A stretch of 64,000 nt of DNA from Phormidium sp. (GCA_051013385.1 CP143273.1:1088001-1152000), one strand, 5' to 3'. Shown: positions 52,622-61,692, counted from the stretch's first letter. Notes: a model not told the origin generated them from the letters alone. Program-made: numbers and translations.

Positions 52622-52813
52622 TTATTGCTTAATAATCAGTGACAGGGTTCTGATATCGAATTGATTTAAGCCTTTAATGCTTTGTTGAAATAGCTTAAAC
52701 TTCTCTGCTGAGTATGAACAGTCAGTAAATCCAGTCCGGTCTAAAAACTGATAGTAGTCCATATTCCAGTAAGCATTAGTTAACGCTGATAACACTTGCT
52801 CTAATTCAGACAT
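52622..52813 (-). CDS. Small hypothetical protein
   Basis: 63-aa ORF preceded by a motif copy. Confidence 0.55.
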   Translation of the reverse strand: MSELEQVLSALTNAYWNMDYYQFLDRTGFTDCSYSAEKFKLFQQSIKGLNQFDIRTLSLIIKQ

Positions 52814-52844
52814 CTTTTGTTACCAAAAAACAACCAAAATCCCC

Positions 52845-52857
52845 AAGCGAAAGCACC
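52845..52857 (-). promoter_or_regulatory. Template-strand GCGAAAGC motif, copy 3
   Basis: AAGCGAAAGCACC; 34 nt from ATG 52813; abuts the hairpin 52854-52888. Confidence 0.55.
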
Positions 52858-52972
52858 AGTAGCAAATAACAAGTTTCTGCTACTGGTGATGAAATCAATG
52901 GAATAACGCTATTGTGTTTCTAGGTTTTTCAACAATTGCAACAGAATAACGCCAGTAGAAATTGGATTATAC

Positions 52973-53365
52973 TCAGTTGCGGTGAGTTCGTTTGGTCTTC
53001 GCAGTAAATAGGTGTTGTTCTCTGTGCTTCGCGCATTGTTCAATGAGTCCATGCTGGAGAGCTTTTTGTGAGAGATTAGCAATCCGGGAATGGATATGGG
53101 TAGTAATTACCTTGCGTTGTTGTTTCATGGATTCTGATGGGTAGTATAACCGACGATTACGGTTATTAATTTCTTGAAGGCAGCTCACTACAAAACCTTT
53201 ATTCTTCAAGACTTTGATTGTGGATGAAACCTCTGATTCAGCTTGACATTTACCAAAAATATCTGCCAGGGAATCAGCGATTTCTTGAAGAGAAATACCA
53301 GGGGATTCAATAATTAATGAAAGTGTCATTAATTGATTTTCCGTTAGTTTTGTTGATTTGTACAT
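52973..53365 (-). CDS. Winged-helix (PadR/MarR-like) DNA-binding protein
   Basis: ISLQEIADSL...VSSTIKVLKNKGFV...RNRRLYY pattern. Confidence 0.65.
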   Translation of the reverse strand: MYKSTKLTENQLMTLSLIIESPGISLQEIADSLADIFGKCQAESEVSSTIKVLKNKGFVVSCLQEINNRNRRLYYPSESMKQQRKVITTHIHSRIANLSQKALQHGLIEQCAKHREQHLFTAKTKRTHRN

Positions 53366-53672
53366 AGCGAGATGATTCTCTATGTTGGCGAGATAATTGA
53401 TTAAAGAAACTGCGAATATCGCTGATTCGGAGGTTTTTGAAGTTGGTTGAACCGATCGCTATTTGATGCCAAATCCATAAGTTGTAGAAATGTACACACA
53501 GATAAAATCCGTAATCAGGTAAGATTTTAGCAGGACATTGAATGCCAGTTAAAAAGGGTTGAAATTCTTTAACTGGTTTACCGATATCTTTGTCACCTTT
53601 GTTAATCAACCAAAAATCTGCTTGCTTGAAATTGTTTTTCACAACCCAGTTAAATAAAGATTTGTTTTCCAT
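53307..53672 (-). CDS. Hypothetical protein with a weak resemblance to a type I R-M specificity segment
   Basis: ILPDYGFYL...IAIGSTNFKNLRISDIR; the resemblance is by eye only. Confidence 0.45.
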   Translation of the reverse strand: MENKSLFNWVVKNNFKQADFWLINKGDKDIGKPVKEFQPFLTGIQCPAKILPDYGFYLCVHFYNLWIWHQIAIGSTNFKNLRISDIRSFFNQLSRQHRESSRYVQINKTNGKSINDTFINY

Positions 53673-53700
53673 TTGCTTTCGGGGAATAAACCAAACCCCG

Positions 53701-53716
53701 AAAGCGAAAGCATTAG
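53701..53716 (-). promoter_or_regulatory. Template-strand GCGAAAGC motif, copy 4
   Basis: AAAGCGAAAGCATTAG; 32 nt from ATG 53672. Confidence 0.55.
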
Positions 53717-54225
53717 AACAAACTTAATTGTTCAGCGGGCTCAATTAGTTTGAATTGATGGGATTGCGGATTATAAATGACGACGGGGCGATAACTCGCT
53801 TTCGCCATATCGACAGTTAATTTAGTTCCCCCATCATTGCGACCATCGTAAACAGCTAAACAAAGTGACGAACGCTTAATCATGTACAGATTTCGTGCTT
53901 GCATAACACCATGAGAATATTTGGGATAAAGCACAATTTTCTTGGATGCAAAGCTGAGTAATTGGTTGTATTGACGTTGTTGCGATCGCTTCCAAAGTTC
54001 GGATTGGTCAGCACAAGGAATCACCGCAGTCCATTTAAGTTTTCTCTTGATGAGAAGCTTGGCAAATAATTGATCTGCTCCCAGTGCCATACCGACTAAA
54101 AACTCAGTTGTTTTCTGCTCTAAAGCTAAGTCAATCAAATTGTTTATGCCTTTATACCATTGAGTTGTAAAATCAGCTAAGTAGCGATGTCCAGTGAATG
54201 TAGTTATCATTGAAGTTACTCCCAA
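53713..54225 (-). CDS. SLOG-superfamily (YspA/DUF1273-like) protein
   Basis: FTGHR, GMALGAD, ARNLYMI, AVYDG...GGTKLTV; ends in QLSLF. Confidence 0.8.
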   Translation of the reverse strand: MGVTSMITTFTGHRYLADFTTQWYKGINNLIDLALEQKTTEFLVGMALGADQLFAKLLIKRKLKWTAVIPCADQSELWKRSQQRQYNQLLSFASKKIVLYPKYSHGVMQARNLYMIKRSSLCLAVYDGRNDGGTKLTVDMAKASYRPVVIYNPQSHQFKLIEPAEQLSLF

Positions 54226-54275
54226 GTAATGAGTAGAGTAGGAGATTCGTTGGGTCGCTCCTACTCTGTTTTTAA

Positions 54276-54458
54276 TTAGAATTCGTCAGTTGACTTGCTA
54301 AAGAATTGTTGAAGTTGTTGCCATTCCTCAGACGTTACCAAAGTAAATGGCTTGTCAATAATGTCATTGATGTATTTTGGATATTGCGGTTCAACTTCAT
54401 CAATTTCCGGTTCGGTTTCGTACTCGGTGTAATGGTCAATCGTTTGTTTATAAATCAT
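54276..54458 (-). CDS. Small acidic hypothetical protein
   Basis: 60-aa ORF with GAGGA RBS and an upstream motif copy. Confidence 0.55.
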   Translation of the reverse strand: MIYKQTIDHYTEYETEPEIDEVEPQYPKYINDIIDKPFTLVTSEEWQQLQQFFSKSTDEF

Positions 54459-54483
54459 TGGAAAATCCTCAAAAAACCAACTT

Positions 54484-54501
54484 CAAAAAGCGAAGCATTA
54501 G
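54484..54501 (-). promoter_or_regulatory. Template-strand GCGAAGC motif, copy 5
   Basis: CAAAAAGCGAAGCATTAG, identical to copy 1; 32 nt from ATG 54458. Confidence 0.6.
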
Positions 54502-54544
54502 ATAAAAAAAACCTGGATTTCTCCAAGGTTTTCTGCTCAAAAGT

Positions 54545-54658
54545 TTAATGTCTTATAAACTTTTTGTAGCTATTATCGATCGCTTCTTGCTTTTTAGCAA
54601 AGCCAAGATGTTTCTCAGCTTCTTCACCTGTTTTTCTGCCATCAGATAGCAACAACAT
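54545..54658 (-). CDS. Putative 37-aa microprotein (not in the ORF track)
   Basis: MLLLSDGRKTGEEAEKHLGFAKKQEAIDNSYKKFIRH; GCGTAGC 32 nt upstream and a terminator-like hairpin at 54508-54532 downstream. Confidence 0.4.
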   Translation of the reverse strand: MLLLSDGRKTGEEAEKHLGFAKKQEAIDNSYKKFIRH

Positions 54659-54674
54659 CAACTAAACTTGAACT

Positions 54675-54698
54675 CATCAATCCCATTTCGCGTAGCGT
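54675..54698 (-). promoter_or_regulatory. GCGTAGC variant motif, copy 6
   Basis: CATCAATCCCATTTCGCGTAGCGT; 23/24 identical to 54970-54993. Confidence 0.55.
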
Positions 54699-54755
54699 GT
54701 GAGGCTAAAAAAATAAACCCAAATCTTTTTAGATTCAGGTTTATTTTAGCGGCTA

Positions 54756-54959
54756 TCAAGAAATTCCTAAGATTTCTTTGACGCGATCAATTCCCATCCA
54801 TTCAGCTTCATCTAAACTGGGAATATTGGAATCGTCTGCTATTACTTGATTTCTGTCAGTATTAATGACATAGTAACAATATTCAGTTTCTCTTCTCAAA
54901 TCAATTTCAATCACAAGAGAAGAACTAAATTCAATTTGTTTAACTACCATAGCAGCCAT
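54756..54959 (-). CDS. Small hypothetical protein
   Basis: ATG at 54959 or 54950, GAGG upstream, downstream hairpin 54710-54747. Confidence 0.55.
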   Translation of the reverse strand: MAAMVVKQIEFSSSLVIEIDLRRETEYCYYVINTDRNQVIADDSNIPSLDEAEWMGIDRVKEILGIS

Positions 54960-54969
54960 CCTCAAAACA

Positions 54970-54993
54970 CATCAATCCCATATCGCGTAGCGT
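54970..54993 (-). promoter_or_regulatory. GCGTAGC variant motif, copy 7
   Basis: CATCAATCCCATATCGCGTAGCGT; GCG begins 35 nt from ATG 54950 (26 nt from ATG 54959). Confidence 0.55.
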
Positions 54994-55142
54994 CCAGATT
55001 TATCACTATTCAAGTTCTTTATCCCAAAATAAAAACCCCAACTATTGCAGTTGAGGTTAATTGAACTAAACTGACTTTTTGAATTGATATGGCAAAAACT
55101 CACAGCGATCGCCATTCATCTTCAATTCTGTTATTTAAACCT

Positions 55143-55493
55143 TTACTGTGGCAAAACTTCAGAACTTATTACATAGAGAAATTGACCAACAAACACAGTA
55201 ATTTCACCAAATGACAGATTTACTCGTTCTATAGGTTCAGCAATTCCGTCATCAATGATTCCAATATCAACAATTTTCTTACCTGTCTCACCATCAGCCC
55301 AAGTTACAGTTACCGTTGAATGTTTGTAATCTTTACCTAATGTGGCCCGTCCAGATTTTGTGCTAGAAGCTAATTTTATTTGGGCTGTAACTACACCAAT
55401 TCCCAATCCATTTCGCATTAATGTTACAGGAAATTTACTTTGCCCAAGTTCGGCAACTTCAAAGGTTTCTCTTGTGAAACTAATTAGATCCAT
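55143..55493 (-). CDS. Stand-alone Calx-beta-like domain protein
   Basis: ISFTRETFEVAE...ATLGKDY...VTWADGETGKK...IIDDGIAEPIERVNLSF. Confidence 0.7.
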   Translation of the reverse strand: MDLISFTRETFEVAELGQSKFPVTLMRNGLGIGVVTAQIKLASSTKSGRATLGKDYKHSTVTVTWADGETGKKIVDIGIIDDGIAEPIERVNLSFGEITVFVGQFLYVISSEVLPQ

Positions 55494-55519
55494 TACGTTT
55501 TTTTGAATTCGATTAAACT

Positions 55520-55550
55520 ATTATAAATCTTTAATAAATTTAGGTATAAT
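55520..55550. promoter_or_regulatory. Candidate divergent sigma70-type -10 boxes
   Basis: TATAAT at 55545-55550 (+) and 55520-55525 (-); AT-rich context weakens this. Confidence 0.4.
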
Positions 55551-55575
55551 CAACTCAGTTATTCGGCAAATAAAT

Positions 55576-56481
55576 ATGGATAAAATAAGTTTTGCTTCCG
55601 AAACATTTGAACTGCACGAAAGCGGAAAAATAACTTATCCTGTAACCTTAATTCGAGAAGGTGACGGGATAGGTGCGGTAACAGCAGAAATCAAATTAAC
55701 TTCTAGTACGCGAATCGGTCGAGCCACGGTATCGAAAGACTATGAATTGCCATCGGTTACAGTTAGTTGGGGAGATGGGGATAAAGAGCCAAAAATAGCC
55801 GATTTAAAAATCATTCAGGATCGAGATGATATTGAAGGTATAGAAAGAATTAATCTATCCTTTGGCACAATTACAAATGGCGTGAAGGGATCGATTACAA
55901 CAGCGATCGCCATCATCCAAACAAGTAGTGAAGAAACCTTAACTTCGATACCTGCTCATCAATGGGTAGGAACATCACTCTCTATACAAAACCCTGATTC
56001 TAGTTGGGGAGAATTAGTCAACCTCAAAGGTGATAAAGGCGATAAAGGCGATAAAGGCGATAAAGGCGATCGAGGCGATCGAGGCGATAGTGGTAGTGGT
56101 AGTGGTGTCAGTGGGAGTGAAAAAATCTTATTTGCAGAAACCACCCTATTACCATTAACGTCGGGGTTCTTAGATTTGGAAAATCCTTTGTTAACAATTC
56201 ACAGGATTTCTGTGTCAAGTCCCGCCAGAATTAGAGGATATCTATCAACCGAATCTAGGGAATCAGATAGTGGTAGACCAACATACCTATTACCAGTGAA
56301 TAGTGAATACAACAACCCAGGTATTCTATTTGATTTGGTGTTAGGAGTTCAGGGAAAATCAGATTTAGATTTCTGCCTTTGTCCACAAGTATTAGCATCA
56401 AAACAAAAACTGTTTCTGAGTATTGAAAACCTCAAAAATAGCCCGGAAAAATTAAATTTAGCAATGGTTGGTCTAGAATAG
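55576..56481 (+). CDS. Calx-beta plus collagen-like repeat protein (fibre/adhesin-like)
   Basis: Calx-beta N-terminus, then WVGTSL...NPDSSWG..VNLKG and (GDK)4(GDR)2 Gly-X-Y repeats. Confidence 0.7.
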   Translation: MDKISFASETFELHESGKITYPVTLIREGDGIGAVTAEIKLTSSTRIGRATVSKDYELPSVTVSWGDGDKEPKIADLKIIQDRDDIEGIERINLSFGTITNGVKGSITTAIAIIQTSSEETLTSIPAHQWVGTSLSIQNPDSSWGELVNLKGDKGDKGDKGDKGDRGDRGDSGSGSGVSGSEKILFAETTLLPLTSGFLDLENPLLTIHRISVSSPARIRGYLSTESRESDSGRPTYLLPVNSEYNNPGILFDLVLGVQGKSDLDFCLCPQVLASKQKLFLSIENLKNSPEKLNLAMVGLE

Positions 56482-56532
56482 TTAAAGCGTATATTTAGAC
56501 CAGAGTTCATTCAAATAAACGTAGGAGAAGAT

Positions 56533-57315
56533 ATGCCAATCCAATTCAAAGAAGAAATAATCGCGGATACTTGGAATGCAGATAAATTTAGATCGGCATT
56601 GGTTTCTCGATTAATTGCGATCGGATTTGCTCAAGTCGGGGGTTCAGGAAATGATTTGATATTTAGCGTCAAAGCTCCTAATAGTTCAACGACCAAAGCT
56701 GAAGCTAACTTGAGGGTGTTAGTTGAACAATCATCAGGGACTAATATCAAAACTCAGATTTGGCAAGGCGATGGAGTTAATGGGAATACTTTGCTTAATC
56801 CAACCAGTGTGATGAGCGATCCACACAACACAACAAATAATATTAGTTATGGAGCAAACGAATCATTTACAGTTAAATTTGTTTCCCTATCATCTCCTGA
56901 AGTAAAAGCAGTTTTATGGCAGCGCAGTGATAACCAATATGGTTTAGGAAATGCCGGATTTATTTTCCCATCTAAAAAAAGTCAATGGTGGCCTGAAACT
57001 TCATTATTTGCATTTGCCTCAGCCAATAGCGATCTGAATGGATTGCGCTGCTTGCCGGGGAATTCTTATGGCCCAGGACACGCAGATTTTTCATTTTTCC
57101 CAGAAGGATTCCCAAACAATGTAAATTTTGGCGGCACTAGGGATTTAATCAAACGCATCATTATCTGCAAAGACGGCGGTGTAGCAGCTGAAACTAGTCC
57201 AGACATTGGTGTTTTAGCCGCAGGTGGAATGGGTCAATTAGCACAACACGAAATTAATGGCGAAGTTTGGGTCAATGTTCGTAATGCTAGATCGATCGCT
57301 TTTAGAATTGCTTAA
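56533..57315 (+). CDS. Hypothetical protein, possibly virion/fibre-associated
   Basis: G/S/N-rich 260-aa ORF with AGGAG RBS, downstream of the collagen gene. Confidence 0.55.
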   Translation: MPIQFKEEIIADTWNADKFRSALVSRLIAIGFAQVGGSGNDLIFSVKAPNSSTTKAEANLRVLVEQSSGTNIKTQIWQGDGVNGNTLLNPTSVMSDPHNTTNNISYGANESFTVKFVSLSSPEVKAVLWQRSDNQYGLGNAGFIFPSKKSQWWPETSLFAFASANSDLNGLRCLPGNSYGPGHADFSFFPEGFPNNVNFGGTRDLIKRIIICKDGGVAAETSPDIGVLAAGGMGQLAQHEINGEVWVNVRNARSIAFRIA

Positions 57316-57324
57316 GGATAAATC

Positions 57325-57528
57325 ATGGAATTTCAAACCGAAGTTGTTTTTTCTGGTGTGAACAATACCAAAGCTAGTCCACCTTACGAAAAACCATCAA
57401 ATTACTGGGATAATTGGGATTGCCGTGCCCTGTGGGGTCAACCATTAAGAAAAACCATTGGTTCACCTCCCGGAACTGCCACTGCTACCAGATATCCATA
57501 TCCACACGGACAAATTTATCCCAGGTAG
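57325..57528 (+). CDS. Small hypothetical protein
   Basis: 67-aa ORF with AAGGA RBS, followed by a hairpin at 57546-57580. Confidence 0.55.
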   Translation: MEFQTEVVFSGVNNTKASPPYEKPSNYWDNWDCRALWGQPLRKTIGSPPGTATATRYPYPHGQIYPR

Positions 57529-57613
57529 CCAAGAATTGATACGCGAGTTAATTGGTAATTAATTAAGTTGCCAATTAACTATTTCCATCAGAAGTAAGGG
57601 AACCAGAATAATT

Positions 57614-59002
57614 ATGAGTCAATATGATTATCTCCAAGATAGAATCCAAAACAATGTTTGGTTAGGAAAAGATGTCTTAAACATTTCCAATCAAGTATTT
57701 TCGGTAATTAATAGCCCTAGAGATTGGTTCTATAACTTACCACCAATCAAATTTATTTTAGAATCTGATAATTCGCCATTATCACAACTGAAAGATTTTT
57801 TGGATGAAGCATCTGATGTACCGGGAATTATTCGAGATTGTGGGTTGATATTTCTAGAAACAGCTTACGGAATTAACAAGGCTTATAATAGCCGAGTTCA
57901 CTACAATGCTCAGAGTGCAGCGGCGGCTCAGGCGATCGCCCTTCTGAGAACAAACGAAAGAGAAATTTCGATTTATAACGGAGCAGTTACCGCACATAAT
58001 GAAGCTTTAAATTTACCAGAATTATCCAAAAAAGCTAACGAGATAGCATCCTCAATGGCAACAGTCGGACAAATCGCTAATACTGGAAGTCAGCAAATTC
58101 TGGAATGGCATCAAAAAGCGCTGAGGAAAATGAATAAAACTAAAGAAGAATTAGATAAAAAAATTGCTGAACTAACCACCAAAGTTGAACGGAAAGTTGA
58201 TGGTGCTAAAAAGGAATTGACTAAAGTTAAACGGGAATTAAAGAAATTAACTACCATCATTGAATCAATGCTGTCAGGAACTAATAAACAATCAATTCGT
58301 TCTATTAGTTATCAATCTAAATCAGTAGGCGCAATTGTACCAATAGCTGTCGGCGGCTTGGCTACAGTATCCGGGGCAATTAGTGTAGTGAGTTCGATCG
58401 CCACTTTTCTACTATCAGGAATGTTCCTCAAAGCAATTACCGATTTTCCGGCTCAATTACTTGGTGGTTTAGTTCAAGCAACAACCTCAATAGTCCTCAA
58501 ATTCTTTGGTAGTTCAGGAGCATCTGCTGTGAAATATTTAGCGGCGGCTGCTCTGAAAGCGGCGGCTCAAGCTCTGCCAGCTATGTTTGCCAAAACTGGG
58601 ATGTTCGGCGGTGCTTGGACTACACTTGCCGCTTATGCACCATTTATCATCATTTCAGCAATTATCATCATCCTGGCAATTAAATCAACTAATACGGAAG
58701 TTGGCCCAATTCTTTATGTGTTTGGTTGTGGTAACAACGACCAACCTGATATGGTTTTTGCTAGTTCTAGACGAGATATCAAGAAATTTACTATTAAACA
58801 AGTTCTCGTTAATTTAGCGAAAAAGTTAATTAATGAATCTGGGCGGAATTACAGCGAAATCTATGGATTTTCCTTGAATGAATTTGATGTTAAATTAACG
58901 TTGAATTTGGCGGGCGATCGCCAAGATGTAGTGAAATCCGAAGTAGGCAAAGCACTTTTCGCTACTAGATTTGCGCCATTTATCGAGGAATTTGCGTTAT
59001 GA
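57614..59002 (+). CDS. Coiled-coil and multi-hydrophobic-segment protein
   Basis: K/E heptads (about aa 165-220), long A/G-rich hydrophobic region, TM segment FIIISAIIIILAI; ATGA overlap with the polymerase gene. Confidence 0.7.
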   Translation: MSQYDYLQDRIQNNVWLGKDVLNISNQVFSVINSPRDWFYNLPPIKFILESDNSPLSQLKDFLDEASDVPGIIRDCGLIFLETAYGINKAYNSRVHYNAQSAAAAQAIALLRTNEREISIYNGAVTAHNEALNLPELSKKANEIASSMATVGQIANTGSQQILEWHQKALRKMNKTKEELDKKIAELTTKVERKVDGAKKELTKVKRELKKLTTIIESMLSGTNKQSIRSISYQSKSVGAIVPIAVGGLATVSGAISVVSSIATFLLSGMFLKAITDFPAQLLGGLVQATTSIVLKFFGSSGASAVKYLAAAALKAAAQALPAMFAKTGMFGGAWTTLAAYAPFIIISAIIIILAIKSTNTEVGPILYVFGCGNNDQPDMVFASSRRDIKKFTIKQVLVNLAKKLINESGRNYSEIYGFSLNEFDVKLTLNLAGDRQDVVKSEVGKALFATRFAPFIEEFAL

Positions 59003-61692
59003 TGACCGAATTTGAAAACATCCTCATTGTCGAAGATGGCAGCGTGGGACAAATCAAAACATTAAGCGAGTTTTCTGTATTTGATTGTTACGCTAAAAAA
59101 TGGTCAGATAAACCCAAGGTAATCTTTCGGAATATTATGCTTTGTGGTTTGTACCCAAATAAAGATTTCTGTATGGGCGAAATCAGAGATACAGAAAAAG
59201 ATTACCGTCGGTTAAACCCATTTAAACCAGAAGGTGATGATAAACCCTGGTTTTTAGATTTAGCTTCCGGTGCGAGAACTGATGGTAGATTTACATTTGC
59301 TCGTAATACAACGATCGGCAAACTCTATTACGGAGAACCAGATAAAGACCAATGGAAACGCATCATCTACGGTTCCATTATGCACACTGGTTGTAAAAAA
59401 CTTGTCTACAAACAGATGAAATACATCGTTGTTGATGATGAAGCCAAAAACCAGAATGGCAATCCCCAAGATGACCCGACAAATGAATTTCATTGGCGCA
59501 CAGGTGATTCCCATGCCAAGGCAAGCGGTGCATTGATGACACTGCTGGAAATTACCAAGAATGAAAATGGAGAACCGATCGATGGAGAAATACCAATTCA
59601 ATTCAGAGCTTGTTTACCTTCCCGTAACGGTCAACCAGGTTGGGTAGGTAAAGGAACAGTTTCTTATAATCCCCATTGTGATGAAAAAGGCATTGATTTA
59701 GTAATTCCTTTAAGTTCATTGAAAGGTAACAAACCTGAATTAGGTAATTATGAAGGTAAGTTATTGATTGGCACAGTATTTGAAGCTGAAGAACGTCGCA
59801 CTAAACTGGGGTGGATGATTTGGCAATGGTTCGCTTTTAAGACACTTGAAGACGATCGCATTATTTCTAAATTACATGAACGATGCCAAAAACTAAGTGC
59901 AGCTTTTAATTCAATTCAAAACTTAGCCGAAATCTTACAAATTGACCAGAGGGAAGAAGATAAACAAAACCAGGAAACTGGTGAAACAGTGGAAACTGAT
60001 GATTATAAATCTCCAGTTCTGCGAATCATTAAAGCTGATAAAAAAGGTGTGTTGTTATTACATCCTTACGTTATAGAACGAGTCCGAGATGGCATCAAAG
60101 AAATGTGGCTCAATTTAGCTAAATCTTGTGGAGTCAGATTTTATAGTTTGATGGCACAACCCGATGAAAATTTAGCTCATTATCATGTCGTCCAACCAGA
60201 CGGCACTATTGTTGGTCAAAAAGTATTTTGTGCAGGTTCACTACCCGAAGGTGAGTACATCGTATATTGCAATCCCATGAGACATTGGGGTGATATTCAA
60301 CTTTGGGAAAATAAACATGAAGGGATTTACCAAGGTGCGATCGGTACAATGGCTGCACCTAAATTACTTTTACTAAGTTTAGGTCGTGATACCGATGGTG
60401 ATTTTATTCAGTTAATCAAATCAAATAAGTATCCGGGAATTAGGGATGCGATCGCACAATTTGACAAACCCCCAGTGGTAGCTAAACTCCCGAAAGTTGC
60501 CCTAACAGGGAATTTACAACAAATTGCTGTCAATTCAATGACTGATTTAACTGGTGTGGTCGCTTCACTTCTGGGCAGAGCCAGAGCCGCCAATGCTGAA
60601 CAAATTGTGTTGAAGATTCCTCCAGGCGGCGAACAGAAACAAGAAAAAGAAATGCGAATCATTGAGTTTCTGTCTCAGGAACTTCAAATCGCAGTTGATT
60701 CCCTCAAATCTGCTTACCCAAACAACGAACCTGGATTAAAAGCTGTGACTGATTTTTTAAATAGTATCGGAGCCGCTGCACCTTGGCTGAAAGATTTTAA
60801 GGATGAGAGTTGTTACAGAAACCGTCCCTGCGCGGTAGATGAAAATGCCCAAGATACAGTTTCTCGAATTGTAAAGATAGTTAACAGCTATTATCGTGAA
60901 CCTTCATTTGGTGCGCCGATTTCACCTAGAGATTTTCTGAATGTGCTCTTTGATGATGTACCGCATGACCCAGAACAATACCAACACGCTTTATCTGAAC
61001 GTGCCAGGTATCGAGAGGAAATGGCAGCCGCCAGTAACTTAGCGGCTAAACAAGCTGGTGGTGATGCTGGATTAGCTGGTCAACTGCGATCGCAATACAT
61101 GAAGCAAGTTTCAGCTAATTTCCGCAACATTAAAGAAACGATTTTTGAAATCAGTAATGCTAATGAGCAGAAGTATGATCGCTTTTCCTGGGTCAGTGCA
61201 TATTGGAAAGTGGCGCATGAAGCGGAAACTGGTAGTGCAGGTTTAGTGTTTTCTACGTTTGTAGATGAGATAATTGAAAAGCTGGAAAATGCGGAAGATA
61301 GAGACGTGGAAGAAATTGAAGTTTACAATATTCAGAAAACTGCGACTTTTGATTTATGGAAAACTAAACGTTGGACTGGGCAGTTTGTCCAATATAAAGC
61401 AGTTTACGAGCCATTAAAAGTTGACTCGTTTGGTAATCCAGGTATGTTCAAGTTAACGATTCATATCCGCAGCACTAAAGTTGAGATGCCTTTTCATCGA
61501 TTAGGTATCGTTGGTGATAAATATGTTGGCAAAGTTGCTGTTGGTCAAACTGGAGTGATGAGGTTGTGTACGCATCGGACGATCGATGGCATGAATAAAT
61601 CAGCTAAACTTTTTGATGTTGATACAACTTATGAGGAAGCACAAGAAAAATTAGTCACAAATTTCTGGAAAGAGGAATGGCCTGATAGTTAA
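58999..61692 (+). CDS. RdRP-like (QDE-1/YonO-type) single-chain two-barrel RNA polymerase
   Basis: Ordered motifs TGDSHAKAS (aa 168), QFRA...GKG (aa 201-219), NPMRHWGDI (aa 425), catalytic DTDGD (aa 464-468, nt 60388-60402), AVDSLKS (aa 565). Confidence 0.8.
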   Translation: MMTEFENILIVEDGSVGQIKTLSEFSVFDCYAKKWSDKPKVIFRNIMLCGLYPNKDFCMGEIRDTEKDYRRLNPFKPEGDDKPWFLDLASGARTDGRFTFARNTTIGKLYYGEPDKDQWKRIIYGSIMHTGCKKLVYKQMKYIVVDDEAKNQNGNPQDDPTNEFHWRTGDSHAKASGALMTLLEITKNENGEPIDGEIPIQFRACLPSRNGQPGWVGKGTVSYNPHCDEKGIDLVIPLSSLKGNKPELGNYEGKLLIGTVFEAEERRTKLGWMIWQWFAFKTLEDDRIISKLHERCQKLSAAFNSIQNLAEILQIDQREEDKQNQETGETVETDDYKSPVLRIIKADKKGVLLLHPYVIERVRDGIKEMWLNLAKSCGVRFYSLMAQPDENLAHYHVVQPDGTIVGQKVFCAGSLPEGEYIVYCNPMRHWGDIQLWENKHEGIYQGAIGTMAAPKLLLLSLGRDTDGDFIQLIKSNKYPGIRDAIAQFDKPPVVAKLPKVALTGNLQQIAVNSMTDLTGVVASLLGRARAANAEQIVLKIPPGGEQKQEKEMRIIEFLSQELQIAVDSLKSAYPNNEPGLKAVTDFLNSIGAAAPWLKDFKDESCYRNRPCAVDENAQDTVSRIVKIVNSYYREPSFGAPISPRDFLNVLFDDVPHDPEQYQHALSERARYREEMAAASNLAAKQAGGDAGLAGQLRSQYMKQVSANFRNIKETIFEISNANEQKYDRFSWVSAYWKVAHEAETGSAGLVFSTFVDEIIEKLENAEDRDVEEIEVYNIQKTATFDLWKTKRWTGQFVQYKAVYEPLKVDSFGNPGMFKLTIHIRSTKVEMPFHRLGIVGDKYVGKVAVGQTGVMRLCTHRTIDGMNKSAKLFDVDTTYEEAQEKLVTNFWKEEWPDS

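Noticed and set aside
51476..52900. Functional IscB-omega-RNA system
   Set aside because: PLMP, RuvC-I and bridge helix are missing, and the upstream DNA holds other ORFs.
50178..54496. Motif acting as an RNA UUCG tetraloop on the mRNA strand
   Set aside because: It reads GCUUCGC without the C-G closing pair, and variants give UUUCG or UACG; the DNA GNA/GNNA reading fits all copies. An RNA role is not fully excluded.
50172..54993. Recurrent AAAAGCGAAGCATTAG as a CRISPR array or integron attC sites
   Set aside because: Copies are short, irregularly spaced and separated by whole genes; no cas or intI genes and no attC core sites seen.
56027..56104. 9-bp tandem repeats as a regulatory or contingency locus
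   Set aside because: Explained by in-frame collagen-like GDK/GDR and GS codons.
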